DNA of 64,000 nucleotides from Gordius albopunctatus. Its lineage: Eukaryota. Below the pieces are notes generated by a model. The model was not told the origin of the DNA. It saw only the letters and a list, made by a program, of their open reading frames with translations, and searched no databases. Both the position numbers and the translations under genes were made by a program. Position 1 is the first letter of the stretch. Every line of letters starts with the position of its first letter. Location of the stretch: contig OZ193909.1 of the NCBI GenBank assembly GCA_964276515.1, forward strand, positions 20,150,001 to 20,214,000, given 5' to 3'. Below are positions 12,937-25,790 of the stretch, piece after piece.

Positions 12937-15900
12937 GTCAGATCGGAAGCCGGCTGTAAAAAGCAACTCCAAACACCATGGCAGCTTCAAATACGAACTT
13001 ATACCAGAATGCTAGGGCGTCCTCTCCAAACGACGCGCATTGCATCATCCGCTCGTGCAATGTGAAAAGTATACAAGGGTAACCGCCTCACTCACAACGA
13101 AGACGGTTAAGGAACCTAGTTGTCGAACGGACAAGAGTGGCTAGCTGGAATGTGGGCACGCTGACGGGGAAGAGCATCGAGGTTGCGCAGATGCTAAAAA
13201 GGCGAAGGATACACATAGCGTGTCTACAAGAAACGCGGTGGCATGGAACAAAAGCCAGGGAGCTAGGAGATGGTTACAAGCTATACTACTCGGATTCCCC
13301 ATCACGGAAGAACGGGGTCGGTATAGTGTTTAGCGATTCCTTTAAGGACAAGGTAGTCGAAGTCAAACGATGCTCAGATAGATTGATGTGCATAAGGCTG
13401 GCGGATCAAGGCGGCCTTGTCAATGTTATTTGTGCGTATTCGCCCCAGGTTGGATGTTCCGAAAACGAGAAGGACGAATTCTATGAGAAGCTCGAAGAAG
13501 AAATACGCTACGTGAAGCCTGACGAGAATCTCATCATCGGAGCAGACTTTAATGGGCACGTTGGGAAAGAAAGGGGCGTGTACGAACGAAATCACGGCGG
13601 GCATGGCTATGGAGTGAAAAATAAAGAGGGAGAGAAGTTACTACAGATGGCGCAAGCTTACGATATGGCCATTGTGAATACCTTCTTTCAGAAGCGTACC
13701 GAACATTTAGCGACGTACAGTAGTGGAAATCACCTTACACAGGTCGACTACATATTAGTGAAGCGCAAAAATTTGTGGCAAGTTAAAGATTGCAAGGTTA
13801 TACCGGGGGAAGAAATCGCCAAACAACATCGGCCAGTTGTCCTCGATATAGCAAGAAAGATTTTTCCCGTAAGGAGAAAAGTCTACACACCAAGGACAAA
13901 GTACGAAAAGCTTAAGGATGATCATGCAAATGAAATGTTTCACACTCGAGCAACTCCGCTCTTGAAGGTTGCAGGCTTGGAGGGCGACATTAACAAAAGG
14001 TGGGGCACCGTCGCAAATGTTCTAAAGGAAACGGCCTTTCAAATATTGGGACGGACTAAGGGCGGCAGAGCTCACAAGCGTGAACTATGGTGGTGGAATG
14101 ACTCGGTCAAAGAGGCTATAGAAGAAAAGAAGGCGTTGTACTTACGATGGTACAAAACGAAGAAAGGAGAAGACTACGAGGCATATCGTGAAGCGAAACG
14201 CAAAGCTATGATAGCGGTCGCGATAGCGAAGAACGACGCTTACACCGAGATGGCAAACAAACTCGATACCAAGGGCGGCGACATAGTCATGTATAAACTC
14301 GCAAATATCAGGGAGAAAAAAAGTCGAGATGTCGGGACACATAAAGTCATTAAAAGCGAAGAGGGACGAACGTTGTGCGAACCGAAGGAAGTCATCAAAA
14401 GATGGAAAGATTATTTCCAAAATATGATGAACAAAACGAATGATAAAAGACCGCTAGAGAGGGTGGAACCGAACTCGAACTTGGTTTTACCATTTCAAGC
14501 TTATGAAATAGGAGCACAACTAACGAAGATGCGGAAAGGGAAAGCGCTAGGCCCCGATGATCTACCGATCGAAGCATGGCTTGGGTGCACAGGAGAAGGA
14601 ATCGACATAATGACAGGCCTATTTAACGCTATGCTGTATGAGAGTCGTATCCCTGACCAATGGAGGGAAAGTACGATCATACCCATATACAAAGGTAAAG
14701 GAGACGCGCAGGAATGTGGCAACTTTAGAGGTATCAAGTTGACCTGCCACTCACTAAAACTACTAGAAAGGGTGCTAGTGAAAAGGCTCAATGACGAAGT
14801 TTGTCTCTCGCCCAATCAGTTTGGATTTGTGGCCGGTAAATCAACGATGGACCCAATCTTTGCGTTGAAGCAGACGATGGAAAAATATGGCGACATAAGA
14901 AAGAAATTACACATGGTCTTCATCGATTTAGAAAAGGCCTACGATACGGTTCCGAGAGACTTAATATGGTGGTCCCTTAGAGCCAGAAATATACCCGAAG
15001 GATATGTTCGACTTATCAAGGAAATGTATAATGGCGCGGTTGCATCTGTTAGGACTACCGTAGGAGTAACGAAACCCTTCCGAATAATTATCGGACTACA
15101 TCAAGGATCAGCGTTAAGCCCATTCTTGTTTAATCTAATTATGGATACAATAACAAAGGACTTGTATAAGCCAGCCCCTTGGACTATGCTATATGCCGAC
15201 GATATTGTCCTATGCGATGAAACAAGAGAAGGGGTTTTCATCAGGCGAAAAAATGGTCAGAACGTTTCTCGGAATTCGGGTTAAAGGTCAGCGAGAAGAA
15301 AACGGTTTACATGCAAACGATGGGCGGTAGTCCGCAAATGCACAAAATTGACGGTCCAAGGTATACGAAGGTTGATAAGTTCCCATATCTTGGCTCGCTA
15401 TTACATCAAAAGGGAGGATGTACCGCCGAAGTCCATTCTCGGATCAAGAAAGCATGGCTCAAGCGGCGCAGCATCTCCGGTGTCATGTGTGACAAAAAGA
15501 TACCAATTTGGTTGAAAAGCAAGGCGTACAAAACCATCGTGCGACCGGTCTTGCTTTACGGGAGCGAAACATGGGCTGTAACCACCGCGGAGGAGAAACT
15601 CTTGCAAGTCACGGAAATGAGAATGGTGCGATGGAGCTTAGGCTACACCAAGCTGGATCGCATGACGAACAAATCCTTGATGACAAAGATGGGTATACAA
15701 GCGACGAAGGACTTCTTAAGAGAAAATCGACTGCGGTGGTACGGCCATGTATTACGAAGAGACGAAGACGATGTCACACGCCGAACGCTGGAGATGGACG
15801 TGCCTGGAAGAAGAGGAAGGGGCAGACCACGTGCCACCTGGAAACGACTGGTCGAAAAGGATATGGACGTCAAACAGATGGAAATTGGCATGGCATTCAC

Positions 15901-15973
15901 ACGACTCAGATGGAAGAGGTTGCTGAAAACTTACCCCACGTCTGTGGGATTTTCAACACGATAAAGAAGAAGG
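12886..15973 (+). mobile_element. Near-full-length RTE-clade non-LTR retrotransposon
   Basis: APE endonuclease plus RT ORF; (GAA)n-like tail ataaagaagaagg; imperfect ~19-bp TSD aggggggtgcaaatgaaac (12870-12888) versus aggggatgcaaatgaaac (15974-15991). Confidence 0.95.
12978..15964 (+). pseudogene. RTE APE endonuclease-reverse transcriptase ORF with one premature stop (13080-13082) and one frameshift (~15238)
   Basis: SWNVGTL, CLQETRW, GADFNGHVG, QVDYIL (APE); FIDLEKAYD, LHQGSALSP, YADD (RT). In-frame ATG at 12978. The duplicate copy at 56107-56664 is in frame across the frameshift. Confidence 0.9.
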
Positions 15974-16202
15974 AGGGGATGCAAATGAAACTAGGGGGAG
16001 CGGAAAAAATTTATAGCATTTAAGTGGGGGCAAAACACAATTTTTTTTTCTAATTTTACATCGAAAAATTAAAAAAAAATCATTTAGAATTCAATCGTCA
16101 GTAAATTCTCCCCAATTGAGTGAAATTAAAGTTTGTACCTGTCAACGAAAAAAATCTAGCTACACAACCATAGGATTTATTTTTAAAATTCTGTTTGGAT
16201 CA

Positions 16203-17697
16203 TGGTAGAGGCAGCACAATCGCACAAAAAGCAGCACATAAATTCGGTTCTTATTTTATCGATTACTTGTTTTTCCTATCGTTTAAGCTTATTTTAACAT
16301 GGCATTTGTGCAAGAATTTAGAAATTTTCTAGCGAAAGATAAATTAAGTAAGTGTAATTATATAGGCTGTACATATTTTTTAGAATTTACGAAGTCAGCA
16401 AGAAATGGTCAGGTGTTGACTTATGGCCTATACTCCTATACCAAATCAAAGATAGGGAAAAACCAACAAATATATTATAGGTGCCGAAAAACTAAATGTA
16501 ATGGGAAAGGGATTATTCGACAAGAGAATTTTGATATAACTAAAGAGCACATTTGTGATGTATGTTCAGCATTGCATTCCACAAGTAACCTTTGTAAATC
16601 AATATATTTTATTAATTATTCAGGTTCCAGTCCAAAAAATGATTGTAGTCATATTATAGCAGTTGATCATTATCAAGAAAACCCCAATGAGCAGCAGAGT
16701 ATTTATTTTTACAAAATGTTATAAATGAATCATTCAGGTTCCAGCTCAAAAAATTATTGTAGTGATATTGAAGTTGCACCCATCTTAATGGATATAACAG
16801 GCACTGACACCATAGATGGTAAAATTTTGTATTTGATATACTTATTGGTTTTAAAAAATTTAAATGCTGTGGTAAAGTCTCAAATGGGATATGATTCTAT
16901 GATGTACCTTGGGTACCTTTATAGACAGAAATTTTTTTATAAAGATACCAGAAGATGCACAATTTAAATACAAAATGTGGAGAAGATATGAAGAAAATTG
17001 TCTGCCAAGAACTAATAATCACATAGAAGGATTCCACAACAAATTAAAACATATGATAAAACAATCCCACCCTAACATCTATGAGTTCATAGATCACATT
17101 AAAACAATACAACAAGAAAGTGACTAAAACATCAAAAAGATAAATCAAGGGAAAATGATCAATCTTAAATCGAATATAGAAATACAAAAGGAAACTTGCA
17201 TCAAAAATTTGCAAGATCATTACAGAAATCATCTTCGTACATGAAGTACGGAGAAATAAATGTTTATTTACATATTACTCTATATTTATATATAATACAT
17301 ATTGTTCATTGAATTTTAATAAATATTGTATACATGATTTATTTAGAAAGATATAATAAAATATAAACCTAGCTAAATATGTGGTTATATAATCTATAAA
17401 AATTTTGGTATCCCATTAAATTAGCTTTTTAAAATGTAAGATACATTAACCCAGCTTTAATCATCTGTACAAAATTTTGGTTCTCATTTTATTAACTCTT
17501 TCAGTCTACAACAATTATATATATTTATATACATATATACGATATAATTGATGATTACAAATTATTAAATAATTACCTACATATAGCTAAGATATATACT
17601 TTCACCATATCAATTTTCATATGGTTTTTGTGGCGAACGTGACGAAATGTGATGATCGTGACGAGTTTTAGCTCCTTTTTCTGTGCTGCCTGAACCA
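16203..17697 (+). mobile_element. MULE/Mutator-like remnant with a FLYWCH-type zinc finger and transposase C-terminus
   Basis: LTYGLYSYTK...YYRCRKTKCNGK...EH (FLYWCH-like); RTNNHIEGFHNKLK...HPNIYEFI (MULE-like C-terminus); imperfect TIRs tggtagaggcagcaca / tgtgctgcctgaacca; no TSD seen. Confidence 0.65.
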
Positions 17698-18261
17698 AGT
17701 CCCTTATGTTTATATAACTTATTGACTCAATAAATTTTTAACAATAATGTATCCATATTGTAATTTAAGAAGGGTTTAATTGAACATAAAATGCAAATTA
17801 TCTATACTATTCTTTTTAATAATTAGAAAAAGTAAATTTAAAAAAGATGATGGTCTAAATAATGAGACAAATTTGAAGCAGTATTTATTTGACAAAGGAA
17901 CCGCTAATAATACCAATCTATTAAGCCCTCTAAAAACCGTTCTGGGACTGATTACTTTTCCTTTCAATCCTTCTCGAACATTATACTGGTACAATAAATT
18001 TACCTGACCATCCCTTCCGCAGATTCAACAAGGTGAGTAGAGGTCTCAACCTTGCTAACACATAATTTTAACTGGCTTCCTAAATTTAGAAATTACTCAA
18101 GCTCACAGTGAAATCCAACATGATATCGACATTTATAATAAAAAAGCTTTGTCGTTAATTTTATTTCTCTCTGGAGGCACGCTTATGAAACTGACTTTGA
18201 AGTACCTTGAAATAGAATATACATAATGATGGCGATTGTAATAACAGCTGGTTCATAAATC

Positions 18262-21027
18262 ATGGCCTCAAAATTTGCAGGAATAGTAAGGATAACTGAC
18301 TTGGACGATTATATCAAGCCATCTCAAGTATAAATTGTAAATTAAGCTAGACATTATTCCTAGGAATGCATCAAACCTATTACAATACCTAAGAATGAAG
18401 TAAACTTAGAATCAATAAAGGTTCGAAATGGTAAATATATTCAAGTAGAAAAAGTATGCACCTATTTCAATCTTATTTTAACTATTCCCACTGTATTGAA
18501 TTTTTTGCTTTATTTTAATTATTCTATTTTAACTAAACCCATCAAAATTTTATTTTGAAATGCATAAATAAATATTTTAAATAAAAATTTAATTGTCAAA
18601 AAAGTTTATGCTTAGATGCTAGGTCTTTATATTAGTTTATTAGACTTATGTAGGTTAAAATGCATTAATCACTAAACAAACAAGCTATGCATGATAATCA
18701 AAACCTTATTTGAAAAATTGGTTGTGAATTTATAAGGAGCCTATTTCTATTTGATGCAAATTATTGATATCTATCAGCCCTATATACAGTTGTACTTAAG
18801 AGAATCACTAAAGGATATTTCATTAAAATGACTATAGTTTTAAATATTTTTTTAACTAATTAAGGGTGGAAAAGAAAAAGAATTAGTAAAGGCACAAATC
18901 ACCTTGAATGATTGTTTAGCTTGTAGTGGGTGTGTGACATCTGCTGAAACTATTTTAATCAACCAGCAAAGCACATCTGAATTGCGATCAATTTATGAAA
19001 AAAATCAACAATACCTTTTGGTTCTATGCTTATATTTTAATAATTTATTTAATAATTTACCTTAAGTATTGTATTATTTTTATTTGCTTTTAGGAGGGTA
19101 GAATTACAGAGATTAAGCCAATAGTATTATCAGTATCATTACAATCCATCTCCTCTTTGGCTGTTAGATACAACCTATCAATAAGAAATATGACTCTTAT
19201 TCTAAAAGATTTTTTCAAACAAAGCTTTGGTAATGCCTTATGCCACAACCCTAAAAAATATCATTTTACTTAGAGCTTTATTTCAAATTGAATATGAATA
19301 TCCTTTTATTTAACAAGAGTAGTTAATGTAAAGTTATTACAAATTGAGTGCTTTCATAAAGAATTTTAAGAAAAACTGAGCATGGAATAAATCGTTTGGT
19401 TTTTATTTATTTTAGGAGTAAATCATTTCTTAGACGTCACGTTTGCGAGAAATTTTAGTTTGGTAGAGTCGGGCAAAGAGTTTTTAGATGTATACCTTGC
19501 ATCTCAACGATGTGAAGACAAAGAGGAAATTCCGAAAGAAAATGCCGCCTCCCCAATTATAACTTCAGTTTGTCCGGGTTGGGTTTGTTACGCGGAAAAA
19601 AGTTTGGGACCTTTTGTAATACCTTACATGAGTCGAGTTAAATCTCCGCAACAAATTATGGGCTCTCTCCTACGGGATAGTAACCTCGTACCCTCTGAGG
19701 TTCGGTCTTTTTATCACGTGACTATAATGCCTTGCTACGACAAAAAGCTAGAGGCCAGTCGGGCTCAATTCGACCACGCTACACACAAGGAAGTCGATTG
19801 CGTCCTGAGTACGCTAGAAATAGAGCAATTGTTAGTTGAAGAGAGTTACGACGTTTTATCCATGGCTCGGGACGAGACTATTCTGTCTAATATAGAGGGA
19901 CAAGATAGTTTGTCCGAGTCATTTAGTTACACGCACGAAGGGGACGGGTCTGGGGGCTATGCGGAATTCGTTATAAAATATGCGGCTGAGCAATTATATG
20001 GACTACCATTTGAACCCGAGCCAGGGGTGGAATATCCATGCGAAATACGGAGGAAAATACTCAAGTAATTTTTAATGTGTTTTAGGTGCAAATAAGAATT
20101 AATTTTTTTTTCTTCTGACGACTAAGTGTTTGTCGTTTTCCTGAAGGAATAAAGACTTTCGAGAAATCACCTTGGTCGAAAAGGGAACGGGAAAAGAGCT
20201 GCTGAAATTTGCCCAAGCCTACGGCTTCAAAAATATCCAAAACGTCGTCCAAAGGATGAAGAAACACAAGTGCCCGTACCACTACGTGGAAATAATGGCA
20301 TGTCCTAGTGGTACTTTAATTTATAACACCTATCCACGATACGGCTAATACCATAATTTTTATTTAGGATATATAGATAAATAGTTTTTTTTAATTTCGT
20401 TTTTATTTCGTTTAGATCGTTTGTCCTAAAACGATTACAACAAATTTGTTTCAGAACAAGTCTTTCGTTTATTTTATACAATCCATGCTAATGACCAATT
20501 GGTATTGTTCTAAACTTCCTCCTATATTTGGCATTGTTTTTTCCTGATTTATTTTATTCAAAATATTATCATTTCCGCTTCACTTTATGCCCAATGAGAT
20601 TAATTGTAAATATATAAATTGCTTAAATTAAACGTTTGTTGGTGTCGAGAAATTATCTCTATTTGTTATAAAAACGGTGTTTTATTCCCTTTTCTTTATA
20701 GGTTCTGGCTGGATTTTGATTTGGTAAACAATATTATAATGTCAACTACTAGGTTGTCTAAATGGAGGAGGTCAATTGAGACCCGTGGCAGTAGAAACAT
20801 CCGATTCTCAGTCAGGGGAGGAAGATATATCGATTGATCCTAAGGACCGTGACGCCTTGTACCGGGCAGTCGATGAAAAGTACCATTCCCTGCCCAGCTG
20901 CGATCCTCGCTCCGTAATTTCGCGTCAACCGATTACAATATCAGCTGATAAATTCAACGCCTTTCACACTACTTATCAAGCCCTACCCCAAAATACTTCA
21001 ACAACGTCACTCAATATCAAATGGTGA
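18262..21027 (+). CDS. CIAO3: Cytosolic Fe-S cluster assembly factor CIAO3/NARFL (Fe-only hydrogenase-like), 7 exons: 18262-18327, 18364-18453, 18865-19020, 19094-19229, 19416-20064, 20147-20310, 20753-21027
   Basis: [84 protein letters not shown] and a C-terminal Trp; open spliced frame with GT-AG introns. Confidence 0.95.
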
Positions 21028-21514
21028 TAAAATGAAAGGTGCAGAAAAGGTCACCTGATCCACAAGATTTCATGGTTTTGGCTCGAAAAAGTTATAAATT
21101 GAAAATTGAATGGCCGGAGAAATAGTGGAAATTTTAATATTTTTAAATTGTAATTAAAGAAACTTGGAAATTCATGTAATACTTGATTAAAATAAAGTAT
21201 AATAGAAATGAAAGGTTTTGCAAGTAAACTGTTTCGTTTTTTTGCAACGTAAAGCCTATAGAGGGGAGCTATAATTTATTAATATTTTTAGATTAAACTT
21301 AAAATGGTTTCAGGATTTTATAATAATAACTCAACACCTAAATCTTGTAAAAAATACATGGCTAACAACAGGATGTTTCAAATCTAATATATGAATATAC
21401 CTTAAAAATTCAATTTTTGAAACAAAAGTATTTGAAGCCTCTGGTTTTCCGCCACATTTTTTATTACAAAAATATGAAAATTTATGTTGATATTAATTTA
21501 GCATCTATCATTGC

Positions 21515-21750
21515 TATAGTTGTTAAATTGCTAAGTAGCTTCAACTAAAAACGCGATCACGAACAGTAGCTGTTTAATATGCTAGTTTAACACAATGAGT
21601 GCTAGCTGTTCGGTGCAATAGTTTTAACAGTAGCAAGTAAACATGATCGAGAGGTTAGTCGAAGCAGCAGCCAAATCTGTTGAGGCATTTAGCAGGAGCT
21701 CGAGCAGATAGTAGATTGAATTGCTATTTGTTAAAATTGTTAAAATTACA
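21515..21750 (-). mobile_element. Diverged relative of the 203-bp hAT MITE family (see 41737 and 60175)
   Basis: Terminus tatagttgttaaattgctaa and internal ctcgagcagat motif in the opposite orientation to the other copies. Confidence 0.55.
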
Positions 21751-22047
21751 ATTTTAATCATATATTAAATATCATAAATAAATTAAGAACTTTGCCCCCC
21801 CCCCTCCTCCTTATTCCTTACCCTTTTTCTCATCACACATATACTTTTTAAATGCATAAAGAAGATCTTGTCAAATCGCCACGTTTTCGGCCGACTCCAT
21901 CAGAATTTTATAAAATTTGATGGAAATGTTAAAACTAGTAAAATTATTAATTTCTGAAAATATTAGCTCATTTGGGCCACTACTTTTCGAGTTGTGGGCG
22001 CTCAAACGTCGAAAATCGGGCTTTTAAAAAATCGGTTCGTGAGGCTA

Positions 22048-23448
22048 TCTATATATATAAAAATCTAAGTCCCGTTTTTTTGTACGCTAATAACTCTTAG
22101 AGTTCTCAACCGACTGCTACCAAATTAGGCCAGATTATTGCCTTAGCATTGTAGATATTTTGTAAACACTTTTTATCACACTACGACAGCGGGAACCATG
22201 TTTTTTAATTTGGTTGGCGCCATCTAGCGGATTATTTATACTGCGTTGTTTGTTTACTCAACTACGCCCGTTTTTTTTACAATATATAAATCTTTAACCA
22301 ATAAATATTCTAGATACCGTAATACATCACCATATACTTAAATAAATATAACGCGCGCTTTTAGAAACGTGTTTCGTAATTTTTTGCTATTTTTACGAAG
22401 TTTTTTTATATTAAAACTTTCCCTATTTTCTTAATTTGTAAGGCTTGGTTGGAGGCCAAAGGTTGTTAGGTTGGTTGTCGCAATGGGACCAAAAATTATA
22501 GTATTGTTAATTTCAGAGTAATTGAAAATTTCCAGTAGACGGGGGATATTTGTTGTGATAAGATGGGGCGAATACGTCAGTACATCTATAGTCCCATGCT
22601 AAAATGAGTCCTTTTTCCCAAGCGCCTATAGATTGGCCAACGGTTTGTTTGCTATCTTCACAGAGGCCTGTGAGTTCAAGAATAGAGGGGATATTATAAG
22701 TTTGTTAACCGCGGTATGTCAAAGATACCGGGCTTTGTTGCTATTACAGTGTAGACCATGATGGCCATTCGATTTTAGGGAATTATTGCAAAGTTAAGAA
22801 ATTTTTTCAGCAACTATTTTGTCATAACCTTAGGCCTCGGATATCGTTGTTCGATAATAGTAGACCGAGGTTACGACTTGGGAAAGCTTCGGGTCATTCG
22901 TGACCTGAGCGTGGAGCTAAGCTCCTAAGCGCTGGAAGTTCCTCTGCCGAAGCGCCATTAATAAGAGACTTTAAGAGGCACTCGGACAGGGGGCCATTGC
23001 AACACTTTTGAACAGGGGTTTGATAGATTGTAAACGACTTCATTAAACCAAATTTTAAGGTGTTTTTCTACTATCTCTTCATTTTATTACTGTAGATTTT
23101 AGGCTATGACGATACAAAACTAACTATACACGCATTACTAAAATTTATCTCTGAATTGTCAAAGATTATCATAATTGTCAAACATTATCATTGACTTTTG
23201 CATATGTCACTCAACTATCCATGTTATCGCTAAACAATTTAAAACTGTTATAAATCTATTTGATTAATAATAAATATGGCTTTTTTATTAAGCTAATATT
23301 AATTTGCATAATAAAAAAATATATTTTTTCACATCACAAACTCTCTTTCAGCTGACCCAAATTCTTTCATATATTTTCTATTGATAGGTAACAATTATTT
23401 AGCCAAATAAGTACTAAGCCAAAGCAACGCTTGATCGGGCACAGCTAG
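22048..23448 (+). mobile_element. Non-autonomous Helitron
   Basis: A|TCTATATATATAAAAAT 5' end; 3' hairpin aagc-aac-gctt followed by CTAG|T; inserted between A and T with no TSD. Confidence 0.75.
22440..23030 (-). mobile_element. CRE/NeSL-type retroelement RLE-domain fragment inside the Helitron
   Basis: Minus-strand peptides GHHGLHC..ARY..HTAVN and WEKGLILAWDYRCTDVFAPS parallel PWQNGLSLKWDFTCIDLFAPS in ORF 26742-27515. Confidence 0.7.
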
Positions 23449-23649
23449 TAATTAATAAAAATATATAGGTTATTTGTCCCCAAATGATAGAATCTTGTAG
23501 AGATAGCTAAGACCTATCTCTATAGAAAAAAATAAAAAAAATTTTTTTTAATTGATTGGTCATCTCATGATGGCCAAAATAGCAAAATCAATGATGAACC
23601 CTCTCAAACCGTTTCAAATTTAAGACAAAGGGATGTTTTTAGGTGACGG

Positions 23650-24170
23650 CTAATTTGTTCATTTGTTGTGCCAGTCTTAGTATAGGGGGTGGGACTTTTT
23701 TGACCATGTTTTGTCTTAGTGTGTCCACGAAATGATACATTTGCATTTTTTATTATTGCAGTGACTCCGGTTGTTGTGGAAAATATTCACCGGGAAGTCG
23801 TAGATTAGTCCCATCGTTAAGATGTGATGGCGTGTATCGTGTTTGGGTAATTAACAAATGAAATCAGCCGGTGCCAACGATCGTGAAATTTTTTTATTTG
23901 GATGCTTCTTAGCACCGGAATCGATTAGAAGTTCACGATTTGAGAATGGCGATGATGGAGTGGTAATATGTTCGCCAATCAGGTGAAATAAATTGTGAGC
24001 TGACGTTAAAATGTGGACGTTTTATTAATAGGACAGCAAAGAGCCATCGAGTAAAAATGCCCACGTGCGCTTAAAATGCTCTGTTAAACGATAACATGTT
24101 AGGCCTGGCCTGGGTGAGTTTGAGAGGTTGCCATTGTTTGTGGGGAACTGTATTTGGTGTTAATGGTGAT
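23650..24170 (-). mobile_element. Possible LTR-retrotransposon gag/protease remnant
   Basis: Minus-strand ELLIDSGA (aspartic protease motif) with a degenerate TCYR...GH knuckle upstream. Confidence 0.4.
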
Positions 24171-24199
24171 TGATTTTTTAGCACTTAGCAAAATATAAT

Positions 24200-25790
24200 A
24201 GGGTGTTATTTAACTGCTAAGTTAATAATTACAAATTGCTAAGTAATTTATGCTAAGTATTTTAATTAAAGTGCTAAGTATTTTATTAAAAAACTCCAAG
24301 TATTTTATGCCAAGTATTTTAATCTAAATGCTAAGTATTTTAAAGGAAATGCTAAGTTTTTTATTTTTAAATGCTAAATTTTTATTATTAAATTGCTAAG
24401 TTTTTATTTTGATATGCCAAATTTTTTATTAAAATGCTAAGTATTTTATTTAAAAAATCGAAATTATGAATTTTAATCAAAATACTGATTATTAAAAAAT
24501 ATAAGATAATAAGGTTTTAAGGTTTTAAGAACTTTGCCCCCCTCCCTTTTTTTGTCCCGTTGGTCCCCCCCCCCTTATTTTTTACCCTCTTTCTCACCAG
24601 AGGGGAGGGGAGTGATTTGCCTCCTCCCCGTTCTTTTTACCCTTTTTCTCACCTGGGGGGAGGGAGGTGATTTGACTCCCCTCTTTTTCACCCTTTACTC
24701 ACCTGGGGGGAGGGAGTTGATTTGCCCTCCCCCCCCCACTTTTTCCCTTTTATCACCGGGGGGGGGGGGGGTGATTTGTCCCCTCCCCCTTTTTACCCTT
24801 TTTCTCAACCGGGGGGAGGGGGGTAATTGCCTCCTCCCCTTTTTATCCTCTTTTTCAACCAGGGGGGGGGGGGTAATTAGCCCTCCCCCCTTTTCTCACC
24901 TCCCCCCCTCTCATTTTTGTGAGAAAGGGGGTAAAAAAGGGGAGGGGTTAATCATCCCCCTCCCCCTCCGTGGTGAGAAAGAGGGTTAAAAATAGGGGGA
25001 CCCTGGTGAGAAAGAGGGTTAGAAATAAGTGGGGGGCAAATCACCCCCTCCCCCTGGTGAGAATGAGGGCAAAAAAAGGGGGGTGGGTCAAATCACCCCC
25101 CCCCCTCCCTGCTGGTGAGGAAGAGGGTAAAAAATAAGGGGGGGGGAATAATTTATTTTAGATTTGAATAAAAAAATATCTATACAACTGCCTGCTATGA
25201 ATTTCAACCCCTAGCTTCCTGCTTCTTCTTCTTCGTCTGATAAATAAGGCGAAATTTGTTGGAATTATATAATTAAGCAATTAAATGAATGTATATTAAA
25301 TTGGTGTGTGATCTTGGCGCCAAAGAACGCCAGTTATTGTTCGATCACATTCACAATGTCATATTGAATGTTATATAAAAAACAGACAGCTTAATTTGTT
25401 TTAAAATTTATAAAATCTTTTGAATACTTAGCATAATATATTTATAAACCTAGCATATAATTAAATACTTATCATAATTTATTGAAATACTTAGCAAATA
25501 ATTTGAATACTTGGCAAAATTTATTAAAATACTTGGCAATAATTTAAATACTTAGCATAATATATTTAAATTCTTAGCAATAATTTAAATACTTGGCAAA
25601 ACATTAGAATACTTAGAAAACAAATAAAATACTTAGCAAAATTTATTTAAATACTTAGCTAATCAATAAAATACTTAGCATTAATTTAAAAACTTAGCAA
25701 ACAAATTAAATACTTAGCAAATGAATAAAATACTTAGCAATGACGCTAAAAATACTTAGCAATTTGAATAAAATACTTAGCAAATAATTT
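24200..25790. repeat. Foldback-like structure: inverted minisatellite arms around a G/C-run palindromic core
   Basis: ~20-bp units tgctaagtatttt at ~24215-24450 and the reverse complement aaatacttagca at ~25420-25790. C-rich repeats at 24535-24920 are mirrored by G-rich repeats at 24920-25145. Confidence 0.7.

Larger units (their letters stand above)
12470..16086. repeat. Inverted-repeat MITE split by the RTE insertion
   Basis: ~12470-12543 (aattagaaaaaaaattgtgttttgcccccacttaaatgctata) is the reverse complement of ~16012-16086. Confidence 0.65.

Noticed and set aside
15508..16023. 171-aa overlapping ORF, also present at 55808-56317
   Set aside because: Alternative frame of the RTE ORF; its conservation is explained by the recent duplication.
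18005..18130. U4atac-like or other snRNA upstream of CIAO3 (accatcc..., tgctaac, small hairpin)
   Set aside because: Only short motif similarity; no kink-turn motif or convincing Sm site.
19460..20068. Bacterial Fe-only hydrogenase or horizontal transfer
   Set aside because: It is an exon of the intron-containing eukaryotic CIAO3/NARFL gene.
24534..24989. 151-aa Pro/Gly/Phe-rich ORF
   Set aside because: Translation artefact of G/C homopolymer repeats.
24200..25790. CRISPR-like array (regular short repeats)
   Set aside because: Units are degenerate ~20-bp tandem repeats without unique spacers, there are no cas genes, and the context is eukaryotic.
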